Source: an uncultured Chlamydiae bacterium
GTDB lineage: Bacteria > Chlamydiota > Chlamydiia > Chlamydiales > SM23-39
Direction: 5' to 3'
Assembly (NCBI GenBank): GCA_963828125.1
Contig: CAWHDP010000001.1
Span: forward strand, 64,001 to 128,000
Length of the DNA: 64,000 bases
In this document: in pieces, positions 19,292-28,253 of the stretch
How the letters are laid out: each line of letters begins with the position of its first letter
Position numbering within the stretch: position 1 is the stretch's first letter
Made by a program: the position numbers and the translations under genes
Notes under the pieces: model-generated
The model's input: only the letters and a program-made list of their open reading frames with translations
What the model was told of the DNA's origin: nothing
Database searches by the model: none

Positions 19292-21053
19292 ATGAAAGTG
19301 CCGCATCCAAGAGCTATTTCTTTCGCCCCGTTCCTCACTGAGTGGAGGGAGTATAACTTTTCTCTTTTGCGGAGCGATGTTTGGGCGGCGCTCGCCGTCG
19401 CCCTCATGACGATTCCCCAATCGATCGCTTATTCTCTTTTGGCGGGGCTCCCTCCGACGGCGGGGCTCTTCTCGGCGATTTTCGGGACCTTTTTGGTCGC
19501 AGCTTTCGGCTCATCGCGCCACCTCATTTCGGGACCTAGCACGGGGATTGCGATTTTGATCCAAACTTCGATCGCAGAGATCCTCTCCAGCTATTACGAA
19601 TATGCGGCGGGCGCCGAAAAAGATGCGCTTGTTCTCCATATTCTCACTCAAATCGTGATCATTGCCGGATTGATCCAGATCGCTGCCGCCTTCTTTAATG
19701 TGAGCAAGCTTTTGCAGTTCGTGAGCCGCCCGGTGGTTCTCGGCTATTTTGCGGGGATCATGGTCGCAATCATCGTCACGCAACTGTTCTATTTTACCGG
19801 GATCGCCCCAGACAAAGGGGCCGATTCGGTCCTTTTGAAGATTTGGGTTTTTCTCGCACCTTTTCTCTTTGAAATGGGAGACCCTTTTCATTGGGGCTCT
19901 CAGCTTAACGGTCCTCCTTTTTTTTAAGAGAACGGCAAAAAATTGGCCTGACGCTTTGATCATGCTGATTGTCGCCTCAATCGCCGCTTACAGCCTCGAT
20001 TTTTGGCTGAAAGAATCCGCTGTACTCCGCTTAGGGAGCTATAAATTGGCCCGAGAGCCGATCCCTCAGTTGACGTTCCCTGTCATCGATCTCTCCATGC
20101 TGAATAAAGTGTTCCCTGCCGCCGTTGCGATCTCGTTTTTGGCCATTCTTGAGGTCTTTTCCATCTCACGGACGTTTGGCGCGAAATCAGGCCATCAAGT
20201 ACAGGTCAACCAAGATGTGTTCGGACTTGGCGTCGGCAACGCTTTTCTCGCCTTCCTTTATGGCTCCTTGCCTGCATCGGGGAGCGCGACTCGGACGAGT
20301 CTCAGCTTTCGGTTCCATTCCAAGACCCGCTTGGCCGCGATCCTCAGCAGCCTATTTACTGCGGTCATCATTTTTTTCTGCTGGCCGCTAGTTCAGCACA
20401 TCCCCTTGGCTGCCCTCGCAGCCCTTTTAATCGCTACGGTTCCGGCCCTCATGAATTGGAACGAGATCAAGCTCTGTTTTCATGCAACTCGTGAAGACGC
20501 ATGGGTTTTTCTGATCACTTTTTTCTCTTGTTTGCTCTTCAGCCTCGATCTCGCTTTTTTCATCGGCATTGTGATTTCGATCGCGACGTACTTGCGTAAA
20601 TCGGCGACGCCTCACTTAGTGGAGTATGCGTTCAATTCCAAAGGGCGTCTGATTATTGTGAACCCTAAAGAGGATACCCATAGAAAGGTCCGGATCATCG
20701 GCATTGCGGGAGAGCTCTACTTTGCCTCCGCCGATGTGTTCCAAAGCGCTCTTCAGGTGGTTGCCGAAGATCGCAAAACACTTGCGATCGTCCTTCGTCT
20801 CAATAATGTGTATCACATGGATGCGTCTATGTGCCTTGCGATTTTGCATCTCTATGAAACTCTCCGTTCAACGGGCCGTTTTCTGATCATCAGCGGCCTG
20901 ACTGAAGAGGTGTGGCATGTGTTCCATCGGGCGGGATTGGTGAAGCAGATCGGCCTTGACAACCTCTATTTCACCGACGAAAGCAATCCGCAATTTTCTA
21001 CCTGGAAGGCATGCTTAAGGGCGCAAGATCTCGTTCATGGGAATGATCTTTAA
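19292..21053 (+). pseudogene. SulP-family anion transporter with STAS domain, one frameshift near 19845
   Basis: ORFs 19292-19927 (IPQSIAYSLLAGLPP, GSSRHLISGP) and 19869-21053 (STAS, GELYFASA) overlap in different frames. Confidence 0.85.
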
Positions 21054-21070
21054 GTCAGCGGGAATTCCTT

Positions 21071-22042
21071 TTAGAACATCGAGTTGTATGGCTTCATTGC
21101 TTTCTTCCATTTTGGGATGTACTGGCTGATAGTATCAAAGTGGCCAGTCTGAAGGATTTGGATGATCTCTTGGGCCCCCATTTGCGCAATGAGCCCTTGA
21201 TGGAGCGTTCCCGTTTCGTAGATATAGGATTCTTCTTTCAGGATATAGGCTGTCTGATCTATTAAATGGTTTTTTTTTAAAGCATCGAGAAACGCTTGTC
21301 CGTTCGCGAGACTCTGTTCGTTGTGTGTTTGGATGACAATTAAGTGCCTCCCAGTGCCCGCTAATCCGGTGAAATGGCTCAAGTTCATCATTCTGGAAAC
21401 TCCTTGGGCGCCTCCTGCGCGGTAGGTAAATCGGGGTTCTGTTGGATCTTGGACTAAAAGGTAGAGATGAAAATATTTCGATTTTTTGAAGTTTTGCATT
21501 TCAATGGAAGGATGAAAAGAGAGCGAACTCATCGGTGTGAGGATCAGTTGATCTGTTGTAAAGAGGCGATTTTTTGTCTGGACGATTGCTATTTTTTGTC
21601 CGAGATCCACAGAGACTTTCTCGACCTTATGTTCAGTGAGGAGGGTAATGTCTGTTTGAGCGATCAGCGTTAATAAATGATCGATCAACTCATAACATCC
21701 CTTCGAAAAATACCATCCGTTTTTACTTTTTCCCGATTCGAAGGGGAGGAGTGGGTTATCCATCGAGACAATATGGCAGCCGGCGTATTCTTCGATGAAG
21801 GACTTCAAGTGGACGTTTTGGCCCACTTGATGGCACCCCAGATCGGCATAGGCCACCCCGCAGACGTCGATCCCTTTCCAAGCGCCGCCGCACCTGGAGT
21901 CGGCTTCTAGAATCAACACTTTTTTCCCTGAATGGCATTGATAGAGCGCCTCGAACAGAGAAAAGGGGCTGCTCCCGACCAGGATGCAGTCGAAATCGGC
22001 GGCAAAAAGCGAGAGGTGCAGAAGAAAAAAAATGAAACGCAT
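21071..22042 (-). CDS. Secreted FAD/NAD(P)-binding protein
   Basis: Signal peptide, Rossmann-like ILVGSS...KVLILEA...GGAW, and DLGCH. Confidence 0.6.
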   Translation of the reverse strand: MRFIFFLLHLSLFAADFDCILVGSSPFSLFEALYQCHSGKKVLILEADSRCGGAWKGIDVCGVAYADLGCHQVGQNVHLKSFIEEYAGCHIVSMDNPLLPFESGKSKNGWYFSKGCYELIDHLLTLIAQTDITLLTEHKVEKVSVDLGQKIAIVQTKNRLFTTDQLILTPMSSLSFHPSIEMQNFKKSKYFHLYLLVQDPTEPRFTYRAGGAQGVSRMMNLSHFTGLAGTGRHLIVIQTHNEQSLANGQAFLDALKKNHLIDQTAYILKEESYIYETGTLHQGLIAQMGAQEIIQILQTGHFDTISQYIPKWKKAMKPYNSMF

Positions 22043-22045
22043 CCG

Positions 22046-22525
22046 TTATCCTTTCTGATATTTTCTATAGAGCTCGACGGATCTTCCGATAAAAATTCCG
22101 GTGATCAATCCAGAAACGATCGCGTCGGCCAAAAATAGGTGGATGTAGGCCTCTGGATGCAGTTCGTAGTTGTAGGTGAAGAAATAGCGGGTGGCGAAAA
22201 CGGCGAGAATTAAATAGAGCGTACTCCAAGATCCAGGCAGCGAGAGCCGTTTTTTCTGATGGTCGGCCTCCGTTTCCCAATTCCGAACGGTTTGCCAACC
22301 GAGATAGGAACCGATGGCCAATGTACAGATCCAGAAACTCAATAAGGAGTACCTCCCCTGCAGCCGTTCGGCCAGCCAAGCGATATTGAGGAGGGTGAAT
22401 AGAGCGGGTAGGATCACGAGCCGATGGAAGGAGATCGTCCGAGGGCGGGTCGACGCAATTCCAATAGCGACTGAGATCATAAACCCCAAATAGGCCCACC
22501 AAGGGGCATTAGAAAGGATGTCCAT
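22046..22525 (-). CDS. DUF6622/CcdC-like membrane protein
   Basis: Motifs APWWAY and LPGSWSTL; about five TM segments. Confidence 0.6.
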   Translation of the reverse strand: MDILSNAPWWAYLGFMISVAIGIASTRPRTISFHRLVILPALFTLLNIAWLAERLQGRYSLLSFWICTLAIGSYLGWQTVRNWETEADHQKKRLSLPGSWSTLYLILAVFATRYFFTYNYELHPEAYIHLFLADAIVSGLITGIFIGRSVELYRKYQKG

Positions 22526-23129
22526 TCTTTAGTTCTAACCACTTTTCGCGCGAATATTTATTTGGCCAATGAGTCCAATCAATCCGGTATTGGGCGATCT
22601 CGTGATCTTCTACCCAATGGAGGGAGTTCTCATCGACCACTCGGTCGGGAAATCGGATCCCGTCCAAATGGTCGATGGCATGCTGAAAAATGCGGGCCAC
22701 ATACCCCTCGTATTCTTCGGTGAGGATATTTCCTTCGCGGTCGTGGGCGGAGATCAATATTTTTTGCGCCCTGGGTACGATGCCGAAAATGCGGTCTGTG
22801 GAAAAACAACCTTCGCACCAAAGGAGCTGTTCGTCGGATTGCCACAAAATTTCCGGGTTAATAAATGCTTTGAGTTCAGTGGGGGGAGTGTGAGTACAAA
22901 CGGCAGTGGCCGCGGTATCGACTAAGATGATCCGTTTTTGGATCCCGATTTGAGGAGCGGCGAGGCCTACTAAGGGTCCCTCCCCGAAGGCAACTTGGTA
23001 CATTGTCTCAATCGTCCCTTGGATCTCCTCCGAGGAGATATCGCAGGGGCATATGTTCGTCGAGACTTCATTGAGATGAGGATCTGTAGGGGCTGAGAAT
23101 AGGGCCATAGACAAAAGTAGATGAATCAT
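22509..23129 (-). CDS. def: Peptide deformylase homolog with altered HExxH motif
   Basis: Motifs VGLAAPQIG, EGCFS and QHAIDHLDG. Confidence 0.85.
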   Translation of the reverse strand: MIHLLLSMALFSAPTDPHLNEVSTNICPCDISSEEIQGTIETMYQVAFGEGPLVGLAAPQIGIQKRIILVDTAATAVCTHTPPTELKAFINPEILWQSDEQLLWCEGCFSTDRIFGIVPRAQKILISAHDREGNILTEEYEGYVARIFQHAIDHLDGIRFPDRVVDENSLHWVEDHEIAQYRIDWTHWPNKYSREKWLELKNGHPF

Positions 23130-23170
23130 GCTGAATATGATAGCGAAAAATGAAAACGATGCAAGAAATA

Positions 23171-24070
23171 TTATTTGAAGAGGTTTTTCAGAAACTGGCC
23201 GATCTGCCCGATTCCCTGGCGCCCTTCGGGAATTTCGCTTGCAAAAAGTTCCCAGCAATGGATCATGTCGGGCCATTTTTCCAGTTTGCTGTTTTTTAGC
23301 TGGCTGGCGAGTGCAATGGCCTCTTCGTAGAGGAGTTCTTGAGTCCCTGTTTGGATGAGGACAGGGGGGAGGCCCGATAGATCGCCATAAAGAGGGGAGA
23401 TGAACGGATCTTTCAGATCCCGGGAGCCCCGATACAGTTGGGCGGCGGCAATGAGCCGCTCGGGGCGAAGAATGTCTTTGCGATCCGCGTAGTGTGTTTT
23501 CGACAGATCGACCCAAGGGCAAATGCAAACGGCTCCAGCGGGCAGGGGGATGTTTTCCAGCTTAAGGCGTAAAAGGAGGGAGAGGAGGAGTCCGCCGCCT
23601 GCCGAATTGCCGGCGAGGGCGATCTGGTTGGGGGGGAAGGGGTGGCGGAGGAGCCACTGATAGGCGGTGAGCGCATCTTCGAGCGCCGCTGGAAACGGAT
23701 GTTCCGGGGCGAGGCGGTAGTCGATTCCGAGGACTGCACAGCCGCTCGCCTCGCCGATCCGTCCGATCAGCCCTCTATGGGAGCGAACCGATCCGGCGCA
23801 ATAGGATCCCCCAAAGAAAAAAAGGACGACCGGCTGTTTTTTGACATGGGGAGCAAAAGCCCAGCAGGCGGGGATCTTCCCGATAGAGAATTCCTCAAAA
23901 CGGACTTCGGGCGGAACCGGATAACTGGCCATCCACTTGGCAAACCCGTCGCGGATCTCCTCGATGGGTGCATCGGCAGGCAAAGCCTTGCTAATGAGTT
24001 TGGGGTAGAGGGCTTCGTATTCCTGGCTCGGCATATTTTGGGGTATAGCAAACGACCCGAAAGTTGGCAA
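23171..24070 (-). CDS. Alpha/beta hydrolase (HSL family esterase)
   Basis: Motifs DYRLAPEHPFPAALED, GNSAGG nucleophile and MIHCW. Confidence 0.9.
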   Translation of the reverse strand: MPTFGSFAIPQNMPSQEYEALYPKLISKALPADAPIEEIRDGFAKWMASYPVPPEVRFEEFSIGKIPACWAFAPHVKKQPVVLFFFGGSYCAGSVRSHRGLIGRIGEASGCAVLGIDYRLAPEHPFPAALEDALTAYQWLLRHPFPPNQIALAGNSAGGGLLLSLLLRLKLENIPLPAGAVCICPWVDLSKTHYADRKDILRPERLIAAAQLYRGSRDLKDPFISPLYGDLSGLPPVLIQTGTQELLYEEAIALASQLKNSKLEKWPDMIHCWELFASEIPEGRQGIGQIGQFLKNLFK

Positions 24071-24074
24071 CCCC

Positions 24075-24494
24075 CTAATGACAGCAGCAGGAATCCTTTG
24101 CGCAGGCGTTCATGTCGCTTGCGATCTCGATGAGAATGCCATTGAAATCCCGCACATAGCCCACTGTTTGGCCCCACGGCTTTTCCTCTGGAGAGGCGAC
24201 GAGCTCGGCGCCCGACTTGATTGCATGGGCAAACGAACGGCGGATGTCTTTGGCGGTAAAGGAAATTTCACAGCCAGGGAGCTCTTTGAGTCCGATGGGT
24301 CTAAATCCTTGAGGGAGGTTCTGTTTGGCAAGCTCCATTGAAGCGAAGCCGAGCGCCGTCGATCCAGTTTCTAGCTGTCCGTAGTGGCCCGTTGGGTCGA
24401 TGAAGGATCTTTTCAGCCCGAACGCCTTTTCAAAAAAGGCGATTGTTTTTGCCACATCTTCTACATAAAAAATAACTGTCCCTAACCGATTCAT
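24075..24494 (-). CDS. VOC/glyoxalase family protein
   Basis: YVEDVAKTIAFFEKAFG...KPWGQTVGYVRD. Confidence 0.88.
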   Translation of the reverse strand: MNRLGTVIFYVEDVAKTIAFFEKAFGLKRSFIDPTGHYGQLETGSTALGFASMELAKQNLPQGFRPIGLKELPGCEISFTAKDIRRSFAHAIKSGAELVASPEEKPWGQTVGYVRDFNGILIEIASDMNACAKDSCCCH

Positions 24495-24570
24495 ATATTC
24501 CTCCCAAAGGGAACTATTGTCCCATTTCTCTCCCTTTCGATCAATTCATTGTTTTGATAGGCTGAAAACC

Positions 24571-25590
24571 ATGAAATTTGTCCTCTGCCTTGTTCTCCTT
24601 TGCGGCTCCTTGCAAGCTCTATCTAAAGCCCCAGAGCCGTCCCGTACCGCCCCGATTCATATCGGGGTCCACACAGAAAAATACCAAGACGAAAGTCGTA
24701 AGCGCCCTGTTTTGGTGGAGGTGTGGTATCCGACCCACCGGACAGGGCCCATCGATCAGCCTGAGGATCTCGCCTGGGTTCACCCGAGCGAGGTGCGCGA
24801 TGGGGAGCTTGCCGATGGGAAATACTCGCTCATTGTCATGTCCCACGGCCATTTCGGCGATCGGCGCGATCGGAGCTGGCTGGTCGAGACCTTCGTTAAA
24901 AATGGATTTATTGTCGCCTCTGTGGAACACTACGGCAACTCGTGGCGCAGCTACAACCCTCTCTTGAGTCTCCGCTTTTGGGAAAGGGCGCGGGATATTA
25001 GTTTTGCGATCACTCAAATATTGAAGGATCCCTCTTTAAGCAGATATATCGACCCTAAGCGGATCGGGTTTGTCGGCTATTCATTGGGCGGGATGACTGG
25101 GCTGGCTCTCGGCGGAGCGAAGGCCGAAAATGTCAGAGAGATCGTCATCAAGCAGCAGGAGTCGTTCAAAGACATCCAGCTCGATCTGGTCAAGGAGGTC
25201 GATTTTACTGAGGCGCAGGGCAGTTTTGCCGATAAACGGATTAAGGCCCTGGCGCTCCTTTCTCCCGCAGCGTTTGTCTACACGCCCCAATCGTTCAAAA
25301 ATATCAAAGTGCCAGTTGCGCTGGTCGCATCGGAAGGGGACGAGGTGCTCCCCTTCAAAGAGCACGCCTCTAAGGTGATCGAATATTTGTCCCCAGCCAG
25401 ACTCAAGCTCAAGCTCCTCCGAGACAAAGTCTCCCACTATGTCTTCCTGAACCGCGTTTCAGACGCGGGTAAAGAGCTGGCCTCCGATGAGATCCAAACA
25501 GAGACGATTCAGACAGACCGGCTCACTGTCCATAAAGAAGTGGGCGATTTTCTCGCTCTCTTTTTCAAAGAACACCTGGTGGATTTCTAG
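24571..25590 (+). CDS. Secreted alpha/beta hydrolase (predicted dienelactone hydrolase/PAF-AH-like)
   Basis: Signal peptide, EVWYP, MSHG, GYSLGG and SHYVF. Confidence 0.8.
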   Translation: MKFVLCLVLLCGSLQALSKAPEPSRTAPIHIGVHTEKYQDESRKRPVLVEVWYPTHRTGPIDQPEDLAWVHPSEVRDGELADGKYSLIVMSHGHFGDRRDRSWLVETFVKNGFIVASVEHYGNSWRSYNPLLSLRFWERARDISFAITQILKDPSLSRYIDPKRIGFVGYSLGGMTGLALGGAKAENVREIVIKQQESFKDIQLDLVKEVDFTEAQGSFADKRIKALALLSPAAFVYTPQSFKNIKVPVALVASEGDEVLPFKEHASKVIEYLSPARLKLKLLRDKVSHYVFLNRVSDAGKELASDEIQTETIQTDRLTVHKEVGDFLALFFKEHLVDF

Positions 25591-25601
25591 CCCGCAGTAT
25601 A
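25587..25601. repeat. Hybrid scar: element A left end fused to element B right end
   Basis: ctag-cccgcagta-ta joins A (cccgca) and B (ccgcagta-ta) through the shared ccgca. Confidence 0.6.
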
Positions 25602-25602
25602 G

Positions 25603-26919
25603 TTAATAAATATAAGGGATGATTTTATAGGGGACCTCTTTGCAGTATTGGTCCCAGTATTTCCCATATTTATCTGCGCATCTCTTGTCGTGGCGGAAGG
25701 CTCGGTCAACTAAGAGAATCGTGAGAAAGAGTACGTAGAAATAGGGGAGAAAATCGGTAAATAGTGCGGGGACAGACCAGAAAAAAGCGGCCATCAGTTC
25801 GGGGATATAGTGGAAGTGGCGTGATAGGCCCCACCAGCCTGAGCTGAGGAGGAGGGTCTGTTTGGTTTCGCCAGTTTGCGTCTTGTAAGTGGCGTGAATC
25901 AGGTTTGGCTTGCTCCTCCAGATGAGACAGGCGCCGTTTTTAGCCCGCACCTGCTGTCTTTGCCGATCGGCGAGGTAATTGATCAAAATACTGCCGAGAC
26001 CTGCGAGGAAAATGGCGGTGGCCAGTCCGGTTCCTAAGTGATGCGGATGGTGGATGAGATAGAGAGTGGGCGAGGTATAAATGCAGGGGAGCCAGACAAG
26101 ACAGCCCCAGCAGATCATAAAGCCGGCCCTGTCGTGCATGATGTCGAGCGAGCGGAGATATCCAGTTTCCCAAAAGAAAAATTTTCCCACGTAAATCAGT
26201 TGAAGGGCGACGGCCACGACCATCGCGTCGGTGAGTCCGTAAAGCTCCTCCTGTTTGGCTGCGTAGGAGAGAATAATGAGGGGCCATCCCATCATCCCAA
26301 AGCGGCAATTGGTGAATAGTTTTACATCCCAGCCGAAAATGCGGGGATAGAGCTCGGTTCCCCAGTAGTAATCGAAGAGGCGGTAGCCGCTGATCCCAGA
26401 ATCTGTGCTGGAGGGGGCGTAAATGCCTTTAAAATAAAGGCCAAGACAGAGGAGGAGGCTAAAGGAGTTCAGCGCGCCAAGAATCTCTCCTAAGTGGTCG
26501 TAGATGAGGGTCGGGGAAAAAAGATGGAACTTAAAGCTGGCCAGGTAAAAGGCGCTAAACGTGATGATAAAACAGGCGACCCCATTGGCTTTGTAAATAG
26601 GGACATTGCCCTTGGGGGTGATGGGGCCGACGAACGGTTTACCCGGTACGCATTTCATCAAGAACAATTGAAAAACAGCGAAGGCGCCGATGATTTTCCA
26701 GGCTATGGGGGTGCCGAAAAAGACTGGGAACCAGATCGAGGCGATGGTGGAAAAAAGTCCTTGGGAGAGGACGATCTGCCAAAAGGCGGCGAAAGAGCCG
26801 TCTAGCGCCGTCGCTGTGTACCAAAATACGAAAACAGCTGGCGGACAAATGGTTAGGAGGATGAGGGGGATGAGATAGTGTTGGATCCAGGTCGGAGTGC
26901 GTGTCGTGGCGGCGTTCAT
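25603..26919 (-). CDS. 7-dehydrocholesterol reductase / ERG4-ERG24 family sterol reductase
   Basis: Motifs DYYWGTELYPR, DIMHDRAG, LLSSGWWGLSRHFHY and RCADKYGKYW. Confidence 0.92.
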   Translation of the reverse strand: MNAATTRTPTWIQHYLIPLILLTICPPAVFVFWYTATALDGSFAAFWQIVLSQGLFSTIASIWFPVFFGTPIAWKIIGAFAVFQLFLMKCVPGKPFVGPITPKGNVPIYKANGVACFIITFSAFYLASFKFHLFSPTLIYDHLGEILGALNSFSLLLCLGLYFKGIYAPSSTDSGISGYRLFDYYWGTELYPRIFGWDVKLFTNCRFGMMGWPLIILSYAAKQEELYGLTDAMVVAVALQLIYVGKFFFWETGYLRSLDIMHDRAGFMICWGCLVWLPCIYTSPTLYLIHHPHHLGTGLATAIFLAGLGSILINYLADRQRQQVRAKNGACLIWRSKPNLIHATYKTQTGETKQTLLLSSGWWGLSRHFHYIPELMAAFFWSVPALFTDFLPYFYVLFLTILLVDRAFRHDKRCADKYGKYWDQYCKEVPYKIIPYIY

Positions 26920-26988
26920 TTTTTCTCCCTGCAGGTGCAAACCTAGAAATATAAGATTCGAATCGTTTTTTTCCACCTCTTATTTTTC

Positions 26989-28128
26989 TTAGATGGCTCT
27001 TGAGAGCAGTTTTAAGACAAATGCGATCGCAATCGGCATCCGGACGGTCGACCATCCCCACAATTTGTGGAAGATGCTGAGGACTGTGAGGACGATCAAT
27101 GCAGGATAAACCGCCTCTAAGATGGGTCCCAAAAATCTTGCGATGCCAGAAAATTCGAGGGTCGATATGCCAAAGGCGATCGCGAGGGTGACGATAAGGG
27201 CTGTCCCTGAGTTGATTTTTTCTCGCATCACCTCTTTTTTGAAAAATTCGGCAAAGAGGGAGGCGAGGACAATGGCGGTCGTTAAGCAGGCGAGGACGAC
27301 GGTGCAGCAGACGATCGGGGCGGCAAACGAGCCGAGGGCCTCATTCGCGACGAAGCCAAGCATCTCTTGTGGGGGAACCGAGGCGAGCTTTGGAGCGTAG
27401 ATGGCGCCGAGGAGAACCAAAATGACGTAGACAATCGATAAAAGGCCGGCTCCGATAACGGAAGATTTCAAGAAGACGGGTAGAGAGCTTTGGGCCGTGG
27501 GACCCCGCTCTTTGAGATGCTTAATCACGAAGGCTGAAAAAAAGAAAGCGGCCAGGAGATCCATCGTCTGGTAGCCTTGCACGATTCCGTTTTTAAAGCT
27601 GCTCCAGCTGCCGTTGGGGCTGACGGGGGGAAGATCGGCAGAGAGGAGGCCGAAGAGGGCGATTGCGCTCAGTGCGAGGAGGAGGAGGGGCGTTAAAATC
27701 GTGCCGAGAAGGGGGACGATCCTATTTTTTCGGATCGCAAGGAAAAAAGTAAGGGCGCAGCAGACCATGCTGAAAAGCCACAGAGGAGTGTCAGGGAGGA
27801 CTAGGCGGAAGGCGCCGTGTGCGACGGTGATGCAGCGGGCCAGGACGCCAAAAGGACCCATGAGAGATAGGGCGATGAGGGGGAACCAAAATATCGCAGG
27901 GCGGCCCAGTCTGCCAAAAAAATCTTTGGAGTTGCCGTTGAATAGGAGCATGGCAAGGATGCCGAGGAACGGGACTAGTACGCCGGTGAGGAGGATTCCG
28001 ATCGACGCAAGGCCGAAATGGCCTTCGCTCATTTGTCCGACGACTAGAGGAAACACGAGATTGCCAGAGCCGAAAAACATCGAAAACATCGCGAGACCCG
28101 TCGAAAATGTCAAAGAATTGTTTTTCAT
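26989..28128 (-). CDS. brnQ: Branched-chain amino acid transport system II carrier
   Basis: Motifs FSMFFGSGNLVFP, GYQTMDLLAA and LACLTTA. Confidence 0.9.
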   Translation of the reverse strand: MKNNSLTFSTGLAMFSMFFGSGNLVFPLVVGQMSEGHFGLASIGILLTGVLVPFLGILAMLLFNGNSKDFFGRLGRPAIFWFPLIALSLMGPFGVLARCITVAHGAFRLVLPDTPLWLFSMVCCALTFFLAIRKNRIVPLLGTILTPLLLLALSAIALFGLLSADLPPVSPNGSWSSFKNGIVQGYQTMDLLAAFFFSAFVIKHLKERGPTAQSSLPVFLKSSVIGAGLLSIVYVILVLLGAIYAPKLASVPPQEMLGFVANEALGSFAAPIVCCTVVLACLTTAIVLASLFAEFFKKEVMREKINSGTALIVTLAIAFGISTLEFSGIARFLGPILEAVYPALIVLTVLSIFHKLWGWSTVRMPIAIAFVLKLLSRAI

Positions 28129-28253
28129 AGGGCACACATTATAATCAGCTCCCGTCTTCCATGCAAGGTTTTGGGCAATAAAATTCGAAGTTGTCATTTT
28201 GTGGTTCCAACCTGTAGAATCTTTGACCTCTTGACTCAATCAATGGGGAGCCG

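Noticed and set aside
22509..23528. 339-aa ORF as the real deformylase
   Set aside because: The first ~130 codons overlap the esterase in another frame; the likely start is 23129.
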